From Rhodospirillales bacterium (GTDB lineage Bacteria > Pseudomonadota > Alphaproteobacteria > Rhodospirillales > 2-12-FULL-67-15), in contig VGZQ01000001.1 of assembly GCA_016872535.1 (NCBI GenBank), positions 65,139 through 129,138 of the forward strand: 64,000 nt of DNA. The letters run 5' to 3'. Below are positions 10,493 through 26,592 of this stretch, one piece after another. The position numbers and the translations under genes were made by a program. A model generated the notes under the pieces. That model ran no database searches. It was not told where the DNA came from and worked only from the letters and a program-made list of their open reading frames with translations. How positions within the stretch are numbered: the first letter of the stretch is position 1; each line of letters opens with the position of its first letter.

Positions 10493-10798
10493 TCAATCCT
10501 TTTCGTCGAACCCGGCTTCGACCAGCGCGACGACCGCCTGCAACGCGGCCGCCGCCGCCGGTCCGCGCGCCTCGATCTCGACGTCCGTGCCCGGGCCCGC
10601 CGCCAGCATCATCAGGCCCATGATCGAGCCGCCCGATACCGTCTGTCCCGCGCGCGATACCCGGATGTCGGCGTCGAACTGGGACGCCAACTTGACGAAT
10701 TTCGCCGCCGCGCGCGCGTGCAGGCCGCGCTGGTTGCGGACGACGACCGTGCGGCGAAGCGCATCGCCCTGGCGCGCCGGAGATCGCTCCTTGTTCAT
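10493..10798 (-). CDS. ptsH: HPr/NPr phosphocarrier protein
   Basis: 101 aa. VRNQRGLHARAAAKF (His-15 region) and GQTVSGGSIMGLMML (Ser-46 region). C-terminal part of listed ORF 10493..11461. Confidence 0.9.
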   Translation of the reverse strand: MNKERSPARQGDALRRTVVVRNQRGLHARAAAKFVKLASQFDADIRVSRAGQTVSGGSIMGLMMLAAGPGTDVEIEARGPAAAAALQAVVALVEAGFDEKD

Positions 10799-10833
10799 GG
10801 CGATGGCTTTCCCCGCGCCCCGGGCCGCTTCGC

Positions 10834-11241
10834 TCAGGGGGGATCCCGCGTCAACAGCTGCGACGCGACGTTGATGTACTTGCGACCGGCGTCCTGCGCG
10901 CTGATCGCCGCCTGGAGAAGAGTCTCCGTCTTGCGCGCGCCGGCCAGCTTGATCAGCATCGGCAGATTGACGCCGGCGATGACCTCGACCTTCGCCTTGT
11001 CCATGATCGAAATCGCGAGGTTGGACGGGGTGCCGCCGAACATGTCGGTCAGCACGACGACGCCGTCGCCGGAATCGGCGCGGGCGACCGCCTGCAGGAT
11101 TTCGGCCCGCTTGGCGTCCATGTCGTCGTCGGGACCGATGCTCACCGCCGCCGCCTGGGTCTGGGCGCCGACGATATGCTCGAGCGCGGCGAGCAATTCG
11201 ACGGCCAAGCGGCCATGGGTCACCAGCACCATTCCGATCAT
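10834..11241 (-). CDS. PTS EIIA component, mannose/fructose family
   Basis: 135 aa. MIGMVLVTHGRLAVELL (active-site His) ...LTDMFGGTPSN. Confidence 0.88.
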   Translation of the reverse strand: MIGMVLVTHGRLAVELLAALEHIVGAQTQAAAVSIGPDDDMDAKRAEILQAVARADSGDGVVVLTDMFGGTPSNLAISIMDKAKVEVIAGVNLPMLIKLAGARKTETLLQAAISAQDAGRKYINVASQLLTRDPP

Positions 11242-11258
11242 CGTCGCCGCTTTCCTTT

Positions 11259-12203
11259 TTACCGCCCGGAACCCTTGCGTTGCCGGGGGCGGCGATTGCG
11301 CGCCGCCGGGGTGCCGGGTTCCAGGTCTCTATGGCGCAACTCGACTCGAATCTTTCTTTTTGCGAACTCGCCTGCCAATTTCTCGGCCACGCACACGGAA
11401 CGATGGCGCCCGCCGGTGCAACCGACCGCGATGGTGAGGTAACTCTTCCCTTCGGAAGCATAGAGGGGCAGAAGCGGTTCCAGAAGAAGAATCAGGCGGC
11501 GGAAAAAGTCCGGAAAATGCCGGTCGCGGCGGATGTAGTCGGCGACCTTCCGGTCGCGTCCCGTCAGCGGTTTCAACGCGGGCACGTAGTGCGGGTTGCG
11601 CAGGAACCGGACGTCGAAGACCAAATCGGCCTCGCGCGGCAATCCCTTGCGGTACGCGAACGAGGTCACGAACACGGCCATGCCGGCGCCTCGGCCGGCG
11701 CCGAAGCGGCCCGCCAACACATGTTTGAGCTCGCCCGGACCGAATTCGCTCGTGTCCACGACCAGGTCGGCGCGCGCGCGCGCGGCGCGCAGAAGTTTCC
11801 GTTCGCGCCGGATGCCGTCGAGCAGCGGGCCCGAACCGGCAAGCGGATGGCGATGGCGCGTTTCGGCGTAACGCCGCTGCAACACTTCGTCCGCCGCATC
11901 CATGAAAACGAGCGTCGCCTTGCCCGCCGTGGTGCGGGCGAGCGCGCGCGCCTGGGCCAGCAGCGCGCGCGAATCGAAATCGCGGGTGCGCACGTCGATC
12001 CCGACCGCGAGCGGGCGGAGCGGCGCGGATTTGGAGGCCTGCGCCGCCAGCCCCGCGAGAAACCCGAGCGGCACGTTGTCGACCGTCTCGAAACCCAGAT
12101 CCTCCAGCGCCTTGAGGGCCGAGCTTTTGCCCGCGCCGGATATGCCGGTGACGAGCACGACCGGGCGCGGCGACGGGCGTCGGGTTATGGGACGCCGGGT
12201 CAT
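11259..12203 (-). CDS. rapZ: RNase adapter / P-loop nucleotide-binding protein RapZ (YhbJ)
   Basis: Walker A VTGISGAGKSSALKALEDLGF and C-terminal IAVGCTGGRHRSV motif. Start overlaps the hprK stop by 4 nt. Confidence 0.9.
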   Translation of the reverse strand: MTRRPITRRPSPRPVVLVTGISGAGKSSALKALEDLGFETVDNVPLGFLAGLAAQASKSAPLRPLAVGIDVRTRDFDSRALLAQARALARTTAGKATLVFMDAADEVLQRRYAETRHRHPLAGSGPLLDGIRRERKLLRAARARADLVVDTSEFGPGELKHVLAGRFGAGRGAGMAVFVTSFAYRKGLPREADLVFDVRFLRNPHYVPALKPLTGRDRKVADYIRRDRHFPDFFRRLILLLEPLLPLYASEGKSYLTIAVGCTGGRHRSVCVAEKLAGEFAKRKIRVELRHRDLEPGTPAARNRRPRQRKGSGR

Positions 12204-12694
12204 GGACGACGTCTTCCCTTCCGCCGAATACCCGCAAGCGCGAGACGCAGCTTGATCGGCGCGGAGGCCTCGAACGGCGCCAAACGCAGGCGCGGCAGCG
12301 AAACGCCGAGCAGAACGCAGCGGTCCGGCGCCGGCATCCGCTCCACCCGCGCGCGATCGGTCAGATCCGCCACCAGCGCGAGCGGCGCGCGCGCGCGGCG
12401 GGGAACGGCAACGATGCCGACGCCGCGCGCCTCGATCAGGCCGGCGAGCGCGCGCGGCGCGGCGGCGACGACGCGGCCGCGGCGAAGCGTGAGATCGACC
12501 CGGTCGTCGGCGACCAGACGCCCGCCGCGTTCGATCAGGCGCAGCGCGAGATCGGACTTGCCCGAACCCGGCCGTCCGCGCAGCAGCACGCCTTGGCCGG
12601 CAAGCGCGACCACGGTTCCATGAATCTGCCGGGACGAAGAGGAGGACGACGGCATGAGGGCGACAGCGTGGGGGGTGAAAAGAAGCCTTGTCAA
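12200..12694 (-). CDS. hprK: HPr kinase/phosphorylase, short alphaproteobacterial form
   Basis: IHGTVVALAGQGVLLRGRPGSGKSDLALRLIERG...ADD...EARGVGI. Start could instead be the internal M (MPSSSS). Confidence 0.85.
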   Translation of the reverse strand: MTRLLFTPHAVALMPSSSSSSRQIHGTVVALAGQGVLLRGRPGSGKSDLALRLIERGGRLVADDRVDLTLRRGRVVAAAPRALAGLIEARGVGIVAVPRRARAPLALVADLTDRARVERMPAPDRCVLLGVSLPRLRLAPFEASAPIKLRLALAGIRRKGRRRP

Positions 12695-12706
12695 CGCGGG
12701 AAAGGG

Positions 12707-14326
12707 TTACGCCGCCGGCAGCGCGACGACGAAGCGCGCGCCCAGGATCCGGCCGGCGCCGTCGCGGCGGTTTTCGGCGCGGATGCTGCCGCCGTGGGCG
12801 ACGACAATCTGGCGGGAAATGCTGAGGCCGAGACCCGAATGGATGCCGAATTTCTCGCCTTCGGGGCGGGAGCTGTAGAAGCGCCCGAAAATGGCGTCCT
12901 CGGATCCCTCGGGGATGCCCGGCCCTTCGTCCTCGACGGTGGCGACCACCATCCCGTTTTCCGCCCGCGCGGCGAGCGTGATGGTCCCGCCGGGCGGGCT
13001 GAACGACACCGCGTTGGCGATCAGGTTGCGAAACACCTGGACCAGCCGGCCTTCCACCCCGCGCACCGCGAGCGGCGCGTCGCCGGGAATATCGAGCGCG
13101 AGCGCCACGCCGCCGCCGCTCCGGGTTTCGCGGTGGACCTCGACCAACGTTCGCAGCAATTGATCGAGGCGCACGGGTTCCAGCTTGGCCCGCGACAATT
13201 CCGCGTCCACGCGCGACGCGGCGGAGATGTCGCTGATCAGGCGATCCAGGCGCTGAATATCGTCGGCGATGATCGCCATCAGCTTTTCCCGCTGCCCCGA
13301 GTCGTCCACCCGCCGCAGCGTTTCGACGGCGCTGCGGATGGAGGTGAGCGGGTTCTTGATCTCGTGGGCGACGTCGGCGGCGAAACTTTCGATCGCGTCC
13401 ATCCGCTGCCACAGGGCTTCGTTCATCTCGCGCAGGCTGGCGGCCAACTCGCCGATCTCGTCGTTGCGCCGCCCGAAATCGGGAATGCCGTGGCGTTCGT
13501 GCACCCGGCCCCGCACCCGGCGCGCGGCCGCCGCCAGCAGCAGCAGCGGCCGGGCGATGGTCCCCGCCAGATAGAGCGACAGCAGCACCGTTACCGCCAG
13601 CGCGACGCCGAACATCTTCAGGATATCGAGGCGGACCTCGTACATGGCGGCGTCGATTTCGGCCGAATCCTTGCTGAGCAACAGCGCCCCGAGCACTTTT
13701 TTGTAGCGCTGCACCGGCACCGCGACGCTGAGAATCAACCCGCCGTCCGGGGCGATCCGCACCGCGCGTTCCCCGTCGCCGCCGAGGGCGGCGACGACCT
13801 CGGCGTAATCCTCGGCGCGCGGATTGGGCGATTCCTGGTAGGCCTCCATCGGCTCCAGGCCGAACAGGCGGCTGAGGGCGCGGTGGTAGATTTCCAAGGC
13901 GCGACCCAGAAGCCGCGGCGGCGCCTCGCCGGGCTGCGGCAGTTCCTCGATCACGACGCGGTTTCCGGCCAAGCCGAGCGCCCGGCTGTCGGCGACCAGT
14001 TCTCCGTCGGCGTGATAAAGCCGGGCGCGCGCGTCCGTCGTTTCGATCACGCGCCGGATGATGCGCGCCGCCAGTTCCGGCACCATTTCCTCGCTCGCGA
14101 ATTGATCGACGGTGATCGCCACTTCGGCCACGGCGGCGGCGTAGGTGTCGGCCTGAAGCTGAAGCGCGAACAGCTCGGTCTGCACCAGGCTGCGCTGGTA
14201 TTGGCCGAGGAACAGAAGCCCGCCCACCAGGATCACCAGCGCGAAGACATTGACGGCGAGAATGCGCCGGGTGATCGGGGAAAGCCGGGAACGCCTGGGC
14301 GATGGCGACGACAGAGCGGAATTCAT
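12707..14326 (-). CDS. chvG: Two-component sensor histidine kinase ChvG/ExoS/BvrS type
   Basis: N-terminal TM, periplasmic loop, HAMP, H-box FAADVAHEIKNPLTSIRS, and HATPase G-boxes. Sits directly downstream of the response regulator. Confidence 0.85.
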   Translation of the reverse strand: MNSALSSPSPRRSRLSPITRRILAVNVFALVILVGGLLFLGQYQRSLVQTELFALQLQADTYAAAVAEVAITVDQFASEEMVPELAARIIRRVIETTDARARLYHADGELVADSRALGLAGNRVVIEELPQPGEAPPRLLGRALEIYHRALSRLFGLEPMEAYQESPNPRAEDYAEVVAALGGDGERAVRIAPDGGLILSVAVPVQRYKKVLGALLLSKDSAEIDAAMYEVRLDILKMFGVALAVTVLLSLYLAGTIARPLLLLAAAARRVRGRVHERHGIPDFGRRNDEIGELAASLREMNEALWQRMDAIESFAADVAHEIKNPLTSIRSAVETLRRVDDSGQREKLMAIIADDIQRLDRLISDISAASRVDAELSRAKLEPVRLDQLLRTLVEVHRETRSGGGVALALDIPGDAPLAVRGVEGRLVQVFRNLIANAVSFSPPGGTITLAARAENGMVVATVEDEGPGIPEGSEDAIFGRFYSSRPEGEKFGIHSGLGLSISRQIVVAHGGSIRAENRRDGAGRILGARFVVALPAA

Positions 14327-14333
14327 CCGCGAC

Positions 14334-15026
14334 CTATTCGGCGGTCTTGTAGCGATAGCCGATGCCGTAGAGCGTTTCGACCTCCGCGAACGACGGATCG
14401 CGCTCGCGGAATTTCCGCCGGATGCGCTTGATGTGGCTGTCGATGGTGCGGTCGTCGACGAAAACGCTTTGCCCGTAGGCCTCGTCGATCAACTGATCGC
14501 GGTTCTTGACGTGGCCGGGGCGGCGGGCGAGCGCCTGGAGAAGCAGGAATTCGGTCACCGTCAAATCCACCTCCTGCCCCTTCCAGTGGCAGGAATGGCG
14601 CTGCGAATCGAGTTCGAGATCGCCGCGCTTGAGAATGCCGCTCGATGGAGTTCCGCCTTGCGCCTCGCGCCGACGCAGCACGGCGCGGATGCGTTCGATC
14701 AGCAGGCGCTGCGAGAACGGCTTGGTGATGTAGTCGTCCGCGCCCATGCGCAATCCCATCATTTCGTCGATCTCCTCGTCCTTCGAGGTGAGGAAAATGA
14801 CCGGCAGCGTGCTTTTCTGGCGCAGTCGCTTGAGCAGCTCCATGCCGTCGAGGCGCGGCATCTTGATGTCGAGGATCGCGAGGTCCGGCGGCTGGCGCTC
14901 GAGCGCGGCCAGCGCCTCGGCGCCGTCCGTATAGGTGCGCACGCGAAATCCTTCCGCCTCCAGCGCCATGCTCACGGACGCAAGGATGTTGCGGTCGTCG
15001 TCGACCAAGGCAACGGTTTGGCTCAT
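14334..15026 (-). CDS. chvI: OmpR-family response regulator ChvI/BvrR type
   Basis: Receiver ([10 protein letters not shown]...[13 protein letters not shown]...KP) plus winged-helix output (...TLYGIGYRY). Confidence 0.9.
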   Translation of the reverse strand: MSQTVALVDDDRNILASVSMALEAEGFRVRTYTDGAEALAALERQPPDLAILDIKMPRLDGMELLKRLRQKSTLPVIFLTSKDEEIDEMMGLRMGADDYITKPFSQRLLIERIRAVLRRREAQGGTPSSGILKRGDLELDSQRHSCHWKGQEVDLTVTEFLLLQALARRPGHVKNRDQLIDEAYGQSVFVDDRTIDSHIKRIRRKFRERDPSFAEVETLYGIGYRYKTAE

Positions 15027-15110
15027 GGTGGTGGGGTTCCAGCGGGCGTGATTGACGTCTCGTTTCGCGGGAAATTATAGTCTCGGCACAGGTGCATAGC
15101 CACGCCGGTC

Positions 15111-15956
15111 ATGTCCGAACCGCGTCTCAGATTGGATCTCACGGTTCGCCGGCTGGTCCGCCGGGCGCGCTGCGGCACCCTTGCGACGGCCTTGGCCGAG
15201 GCGGATCGCGATACAAACGCCGAGGCGGGGCATCCGTACGCGTCGCTGGTCACGGTCGGATGGGGTACCGACGCCAGCCCGATTTTTCTGTTTTCCGCCC
15301 TTTCCGACCACACCCGGAACCTGGCGCGCGATCCCCGCGCCGCGTTGTTGATCGAAGCGGCAAGCCGGCGCGCCAATCCCCAAACCGGGCCCCGTGTCAC
15401 GTTGATGGGCCGGATCGCGCCTTGCGCGGAAGGCGAGGACGAACGGAACGCGCGGCGACGATTTCTCGCCCGCCACCCCGGCGCCGAACGCTACGCCGGG
15501 TTCGGCGACTTCCGTTTCTTCCGCATGATGGTCGAGCGCGCCCATTACGTCGGCGGGTTCGCGCGCGCGGTCTGGGTCGAAGGACCCCGCATCGCGCCGC
15601 CGGCCCCGTCGGTCGCCGCCATCGCCGCGTGCGAGGAAAGCGTGCTCGCCCACATGAACGCCGACCACGGCGAAGCCGTCGACCTCTATGCCCGGCGTCT
15701 TCTCGGCCGACGGGAGAAAGGTTGGACGCTCGCCGGGCTCGACCCCGACGGAATCGATCTCCGGCGCGGGTCCCGATTCGCCCGGCTCGACTTCTCCGAA
15801 CCGGTCGGCGCTGCGGGCGAAGTGCGCGAAGCCCTGGTGGCATTGGCGACCGAGGCTCGCGCCGGGCGCCGGTCACCGAACCGCCGGCCGGGCCCCGCCG
15901 TAAGCAAGGCCCTCAAGAAAAATAAGAAACCTCGGAACACCAAAAAACGTAAGTAG
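15111..15956 (+). CDS. Pyridoxamine-5'-phosphate-oxidase-like / HugZ-family protein with DUF2470-like C-terminal half and Lys-rich tail
   Basis: ARCGTLATA...PYASLV...[12 protein letters not shown]...RVTLMG pattern, then ...[10 protein letters not shown]. Tail [16 protein letters not shown]. Confidence 0.7.
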   Translation: MSEPRLRLDLTVRRLVRRARCGTLATALAEADRDTNAEAGHPYASLVTVGWGTDASPIFLFSALSDHTRNLARDPRAALLIEAASRRANPQTGPRVTLMGRIAPCAEGEDERNARRRFLARHPGAERYAGFGDFRFFRMMVERAHYVGGFARAVWVEGPRIAPPAPSVAAIAACEESVLAHMNADHGEAVDLYARRLLGRREKGWTLAGLDPDGIDLRRGSRFARLDFSEPVGAAGEVREALVALATEARAGRRSPNRRPGPAVSKALKKNKKPRNTKKRK

Positions 15957-16123
15957 AACCGCCACCCTCCCCGCCTCGGCCGGTTACCCGAAGGAGGGGT
16001 TGCTCCCTGCCCGAACCGGTGGTTATCGTGCCTGCGGCCCGCTTGGAAGGGAGGGTCGGTCGGGCGCGGTTCGCCGCGGCGCCGGTCTCGCGGTCAACAA
16101 CGTCAAGAAAACGGATCCAACCC

Positions 16124-17731
<1,608 letters not shown>

Positions 17732-17740
17732 TCGCCCTCC

Positions 17741-17832
17741 GATCATAATTTAAATCTGGATGTTATTAACATATTGTTTTACATAAATAAATAATGCGAT
17801 TGAAACTTAGTCGCATTTAATATATTTGTACG
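17741..17832. promoter_or_regulatory. Strongly AT-rich island with palindrome ATGTTAtTAACAT (17760-17772), hairpin AATGCGA-N11-TCGCATT (17793-17817) and promoter-like TTGAAA-N15-TATATT (17800-17826)
   Basis: Read directly. The stretch contrasts sharply with the GC-rich flanks, and lies between the pckA stop and the GTG of the 154-aa ORF. Confidence 0.6.
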
Positions 17833-17874
17833 TGGATCGCCGACGAGCCCCCCGACTTTCATAGAGGCAAAACC

Positions 17875-18339
17875 GTGATCCCCGTCGCAACGGCCGAATT
17901 ATCCGATAACCCCGGCACCGGCGAATCCCTCGATCCGCCGGAACGCCTGGTGGTCGGATCGGTGCGACGATGGCTCAAGGCGCCGGAAGAATGGTCAAGG
18001 GTGGAGGCCGAATTTCACCTTCTCTTCGGCGACGACGAGTGCCTGTTCGCGCTGAACGGGCTTAAGGGATTGCTCGAAATACTGGCGGCGCACGCCCGCC
18101 GGACGCTTTATTTCCATCTGCCGTGCTGCCGCCTCGTCAGCGCCGACGAACGCAGTTTGTTGTCGCTGGTCGCGGCGCTTCAACACGGCCGCCAGCAACA
18201 TGCTCAGGCGATCTTGCGCTGGCTGCTGCCGGCCGTCCATCAGGCCCAGGCCTATAAGCAGGCATTCTGGCTGGCGTGCGGCATGGCCGACTGCGGCCTG
18301 ATCCTCAGGCCGCCGACCGGCGGCGCGGGATCGCACTGA
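17875..18339 (+). CDS. Hypothetical 154-aa protein (orphan, Cys-containing, no recognised motif)
   Basis: GTG start with AGAGG about 10 nt upstream. By eye it uses more A/T-ending and rare codons (tta, ata, cga, agt, caa, ctt) than its neighbours. Confidence 0.5.
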   Translation: MIPVATAELSDNPGTGESLDPPERLVVGSVRRWLKAPEEWSRVEAEFHLLFGDDECLFALNGLKGLLEILAAHARRTLYFHLPCCRLVSADERSLLSLVAALQHGRQQHAQAILRWLLPAVHQAQAYKQAFWLACGMADCGLILRPPTGGAGSH

Positions 18340-18347
18340 CGTCGCCT

Positions 18348-19787
18348 CTAGGTTCGCCAGAAAGCCCGGCTGAACAGCACCAGAACCGTGAACAGCTCGA
18401 GCCGGCCGAGCAGCATCGCGAATGACAACACCCATTTCGCCCCGGGCGGAAGGGTGGTGAAGGTTCCGGCGGGGCCGATGATATTCCCGAGGCCCGGACC
18501 GACGTTGCTAACCGCCGTCGCCGCGCCCGAGAGCGCGGTCACCAAATCCAGGCCAAATCCGGCCAACGCCAGCGCCGCGACCGCCACGGTACCGACATAA
18601 GCGCCCATGAACAGCAGCACCGAGGCGAAGATCTCGTTGCCGAGTTTGCGTTCGCCGTAGAACGCGGGGCGGACGCTGAGCGGCGCGATCAGCCGCCAGC
18701 CGTGGCTGCGGATGGCGATCGCCAGCACCTGGAAGCGGAAAATCTTGATTCCGCCGGCGGTCGAGCCGGTACAGCCGCCGACGAACATGAGCAGGAAAAA
18801 CGCCATGATCGGAAACGCGCCCCATTGCATGTAATCGGTTACCGTATAGCCCGTTCCGGTCATGGTCGCGATCACAGTAAACGTGGCACGACGGATGGCG
18901 TCATCCGCGGGCATGGCGCGCATGACCATGAGCCAAGTCGCGACCGCGAGGCTGGCGACGACGATCAGCAACACGAACATCCGCACCTGCGGGTCGCGAT
19001 ACAGCGCACCGCGATGGCCGATAGCAGTACGCAAATAGAGGATAAACGGCACGCCGCCCAGGAACATGAACGTCACGCCGACCCATTCGACCGCCGGGAT
19101 CTGAAAATGCCCGATCGAATCGTCGGACGTGGAAAATCCTCCGGTCGCGATGGTGGTCATGGCGTGCAGCACGGCTTCGAATCCGGGCATGCCGGCGGCC
19201 CAATAGGCCAACGCGCAGGCGAAATTCAAAACCATGTAGACGATGAAAATGCCGGTCGCCACCTGCTTGATCTGGGGCATGATCTTGTCCGAGGTGTCCG
19301 ATCGTTCCGTCCGGAACAGTTGCATGCCGCCGACCCTGAGGAACGGCAGCACCGTGATCGCCACCACCACGATGCCGACCCCGCCCATGAATTGAAGCAA
19401 CGCCCGCCACAGCAGAACCCCCGGGGGCGCCGAATCGAGGTGGATCAGGACGGTCGAGCCGGTGGTGGTGAGCCCCGACATCGCCTCGAAGTAGGCGTCG
19501 GCCCACGGCAGTCGATATTCCGAAAGGGTGAGCGGCAACGCGGCGAAGGCGCACAGCAGCACCCAGCTCAACGTGGTGAGAAGGAAGCCCTGACGCCGAT
19601 CGAGGCTGAAGGACGGCGTCCGGCACGCGAACATCAGCGCGCCCCCAGCGAACGCGGTCACGCCGGCGGAAAACGCGAACGCCCGCCAGTCGGGTCGCTC
19701 CACCACCCAATCGGCGAGCGCGGGCAGCAGCATCGCGCTCGCCAGCACGAGCAGGAGAATGCCGACGATGTAAAGGACTTGGCGCAA
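18348..19787 (-). CDS. trkH: TrkH-family potassium uptake protein
   Basis: 479 aa, polytopic, with repeated M1-P-M2 units carrying GLTTTGST / TIATGGFS / TMTGTGYT / AVSNVGPG selectivity-filter-like motifs. Confidence 0.92.
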   Translation of the reverse strand: MRQVLYIVGILLLVLASAMLLPALADWVVERPDWRAFAFSAGVTAFAGGALMFACRTPSFSLDRRQGFLLTTLSWVLLCAFAALPLTLSEYRLPWADAYFEAMSGLTTTGSTVLIHLDSAPPGVLLWRALLQFMGGVGIVVVAITVLPFLRVGGMQLFRTERSDTSDKIMPQIKQVATGIFIVYMVLNFACALAYWAAGMPGFEAVLHAMTTIATGGFSTSDDSIGHFQIPAVEWVGVTFMFLGGVPFILYLRTAIGHRGALYRDPQVRMFVLLIVVASLAVATWLMVMRAMPADDAIRRATFTVIATMTGTGYTVTDYMQWGAFPIMAFFLLMFVGGCTGSTAGGIKIFRFQVLAIAIRSHGWRLIAPLSVRPAFYGERKLGNEIFASVLLFMGAYVGTVAVAALALAGFGLDLVTALSGAATAVSNVGPGLGNIIGPAGTFTTLPPGAKWVLSFAMLLGRLELFTVLVLFSRAFWRT

Positions 19788-19841
19788 GGGAAGGATTCCG
19801 GGCGGCGGGAGCGGGAACGGCGGATTTTAGCGGTTCGGGCC

Positions 19842-19859
19842 GCGCCCCGATAGGGGCGC
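19842..19859 (-). terminator. Hairpin GCGCCCC-gata-GGGGCGC downstream of the DUF423 gene (weak U-tract); overlaps an alternative hairpin GCGCAT-N6-ATGCGC
   Basis: Perfect 7-bp stem read in sequence, about 40 nt after the minus-strand stop at 19898. No clean U-run follows. Confidence 0.3.
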
Positions 19860-19897
19860 ATCATTTAATGCGCGCGGGGATTCCTCGGTTCGCCCGC

Positions 19898-20305
19898 CTA
19901 TCGGCGGGACCGCGCGCGACCGCCAATCGGGCTCAAGGCCAGCAGTATCCATCCCGCCATCAGTAAAGCCCCGCCCGCCGGCGCCGCGCCGCTCATCCAC
20001 ACCGCGCCGGTCAGACCGAAGACATAGAGCGTGCCCGAAAAAAGCGCGCTGCCGAGAACGAAGGCCAACCCGGCCAGGCGCGCCAGCCAAGGATTGCCAT
20101 TGCCGTTCTCGGCGCGCTCGGCGAGCCACGCGACGCCGAGCAGCGCGAGCGCGTGCCACATCTGGTAATCGACCCCGGTGGTGAAGGCGTTGGCCAGGAC
20201 CGGATCCTCGGTGTCGAGCCAATGGGCGGCGTAAGCGCCGGCCGCGACGGCGATCAGGCCGTTCGCGGCGGCAAACGCGACACACGCTTTCCAGGTTTGC
20301 CGCAT
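19898..20305 (-). CDS. DUF423 (YgdD-like) small membrane protein
   Basis: 135 aa, 4 TM segments, GAYAAH...[10 protein letters not shown] pattern. Confidence 0.8.
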   Translation of the reverse strand: MRQTWKACVAFAAANGLIAVAAGAYAAHWLDTEDPVLANAFTTGVDYQMWHALALLGVAWLAERAENGNGNPWLARLAGLAFVLGSALFSGTLYVFGLTGAVWMSGAAPAGGALLMAGWILLALSPIGGRARSRR

Positions 20306-20315
20306 CGGTCCCGGG

Positions 20316-21758
20316 TCAGCGCGGCAGTTCCGACGCGCCCATCAGGAATTCGTCGACCGCTCGCGCGCACTGGCGGCCTTCGCGGATCGCCCACACCACC
20401 AGCGACTGGCCGCGGCGGGCATCGCCGCAGGCGAACACCTTGCTCCGCGACGTGCGATAATCGGCGGTATCGGCGCGAACGTTGCCGCGCTCGTCCAACG
20501 CCAGCTTCATGTCCTTCACCAGCCCGTCGTGGACGGGATGGACGAAGCCCATCGCCAGCAAAACCAAATCCGCCGGAACGGTGAATTCGCTCCCCGGAAT
20601 TTCGCGCGGAACCGTGCGGCCATTGGCGTCCTTGACCCATTCCGTCCGCGCACAGACGAGGCCGGTCACGACGCCGTTCTTGCCCTCGACCCGCTTGGTC
20701 ACCACCGACCAGTCGCGGTCGCTGCCTTCCTCGTGCGAGCTGGATGTACGCAATTTGAGCGGCCAGTCGGGCCAAGTCAGTGCCTTGTTCTCCTTCGCCG
20801 GCGGCTTGGGCATGATTTCGATCTGCAGAATCGACTTCGCGCCCTGGCGGTTCGAGGTGCCGATGCAGTCCGAACCGGTGTCGCCGCCGCCGATCACCAC
20901 CACCCGCTTGCCGGAAGCCGAAATCGGGCGGTTGTCGGCGATGAACTCGCCGCTGACGCGGCGGTTCTGCTGGCCGAGGAATTCCATGGCGAAATGGACG
21001 CCGTCGAGGTCGCGCCCCGGCACCGGAAGATCACGCGGCGCTTCCGAACCGATCGCCAGCACCACCGCGTCGTAGTCCTTTTCCAGTTCGCGCACCGAAA
21101 GGGTCGCGCCGACATGCACGTTGGGATGGAATTCCACCCCTTCGGCCTGCATCTGGGCCATGCGCCGGTCGATCAGGTGCTTTTCCAGCTTGAAATCGGG
21201 AATGCCGTAGCGGAGCAGGCCGCCGACGCGCGCGTTTTTCTCGAACACCGCGACGTCGTGCCCGGCGCGCGCCAGTTGCTGGGCGCACGCCAGGCCGGAC
21301 GGGCCGGAGCCGACAACCGCGATCCGCTTGAAGGAACGGTGGCGGGGAATGTCGGGCTCGATCCAGCCTTCGGCCCAGGCGCGATCGACGATCTGGCATT
21401 CGATCGTCTTGATGGTGACCGGATCGTCGCCGATGTTGAGGGTGCAGGACGCCTCGCATGGCGCCGGGCAGATGCGGCCGGTGAATTCGGGAAAGTTGTT
21501 GGTCGAATGCAGCACCTGGATCGCCTGGCGCCAGTCGCCGCGATAGACCAGGTCGTTCCAATCCGGGATGATGTTGTTGACCGGGCAGCCCTCGTGGCAA
21601 TAGGGCACGCCGCAATCCATGCAGCGCGCGCCCTGGCGCTTGAGGTCGTCCTCGGCGAGCGGCAGGACGAACTCGCGGTAATGCCTGAGGCGGTCCTCGA
21701 CCGGCGCGTATGACCGGTCGTGCCGCTCGATTTCCAGGAATCCGGTCGGCTTGCCCAT
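20316..21758 (-). CDS. gltD: Glutamate synthase (NADPH) small subunit
   Basis: [14 protein letters not shown]...; Fe-S Cys clusters [11 protein letters not shown] and CPAPCEASC; FAD/NAD folds [10 protein letters not shown] and [11 protein letters not shown]. Confidence 0.95.
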   Translation of the reverse strand: MGKPTGFLEIERHDRSYAPVEDRLRHYREFVLPLAEDDLKRQGARCMDCGVPYCHEGCPVNNIIPDWNDLVYRGDWRQAIQVLHSTNNFPEFTGRICPAPCEASCTLNIGDDPVTIKTIECQIVDRAWAEGWIEPDIPRHRSFKRIAVVGSGPSGLACAQQLARAGHDVAVFEKNARVGGLLRYGIPDFKLEKHLIDRRMAQMQAEGVEFHPNVHVGATLSVRELEKDYDAVVLAIGSEAPRDLPVPGRDLDGVHFAMEFLGQQNRRVSGEFIADNRPISASGKRVVVIGGGDTGSDCIGTSNRQGAKSILQIEIMPKPPAKENKALTWPDWPLKLRTSSSHEEGSDRDWSVVTKRVEGKNGVVTGLVCARTEWVKDANGRTVPREIPGSEFTVPADLVLLAMGFVHPVHDGLVKDMKLALDERGNVRADTADYRTSRSKVFACGDARRGQSLVVWAIREGRQCARAVDEFLMGASELPR

Positions 21759-21778
21759 GACGTGTTCTGCTCCGCGTC

Positions 21779-26413
<4,635 letters not shown>

Positions 26414-26592
26414 CGTCCCCAAATCACGGTCAGCCGTTGGCGGGCAAGGTCCTTGCATAGCAGCGCCGGGCGGCCCGCGCCAGCGGGATTCTCGGCCCCA
26501 TCGCCCGGGCCCATCGCCCGCGAGAGTCCCCGCCTTGGGCGGCCTGGACCGAGGTGCTATAAGGGCACCCGCTTCATCCGGGGGGCGAGCGC

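Noticed and set aside
6277-10496. Long alternative-frame ORFs (6277..8574 -, 6495..7955 +, 8646..10496 -, 8792..10471 +) over the ABC ATPase, ahcY and ptsI.
   Set aside because: They overlap well-supported genes and have R/P/G-rich composition with no recognisable domains. They are high-GC artefacts.
11259-13412. 717-aa ORF suggesting a giant RapZ fusion.
   Set aside because: Only the C-terminal 314 aa (from the ATG at 12203) look like RapZ. The upstream part overlaps hprK and chvG in another frame and is low-complexity.
15957-16010. Hairpin-like CCCTCC...GGAGGG after the HugZ-like gene, as a terminator or a further REP copy.
   Set aside because: The arms are imperfect, the loop is about 20 nt and there is no U-tract. 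It does not match the CCCTCTCCC element at 57405-57545.
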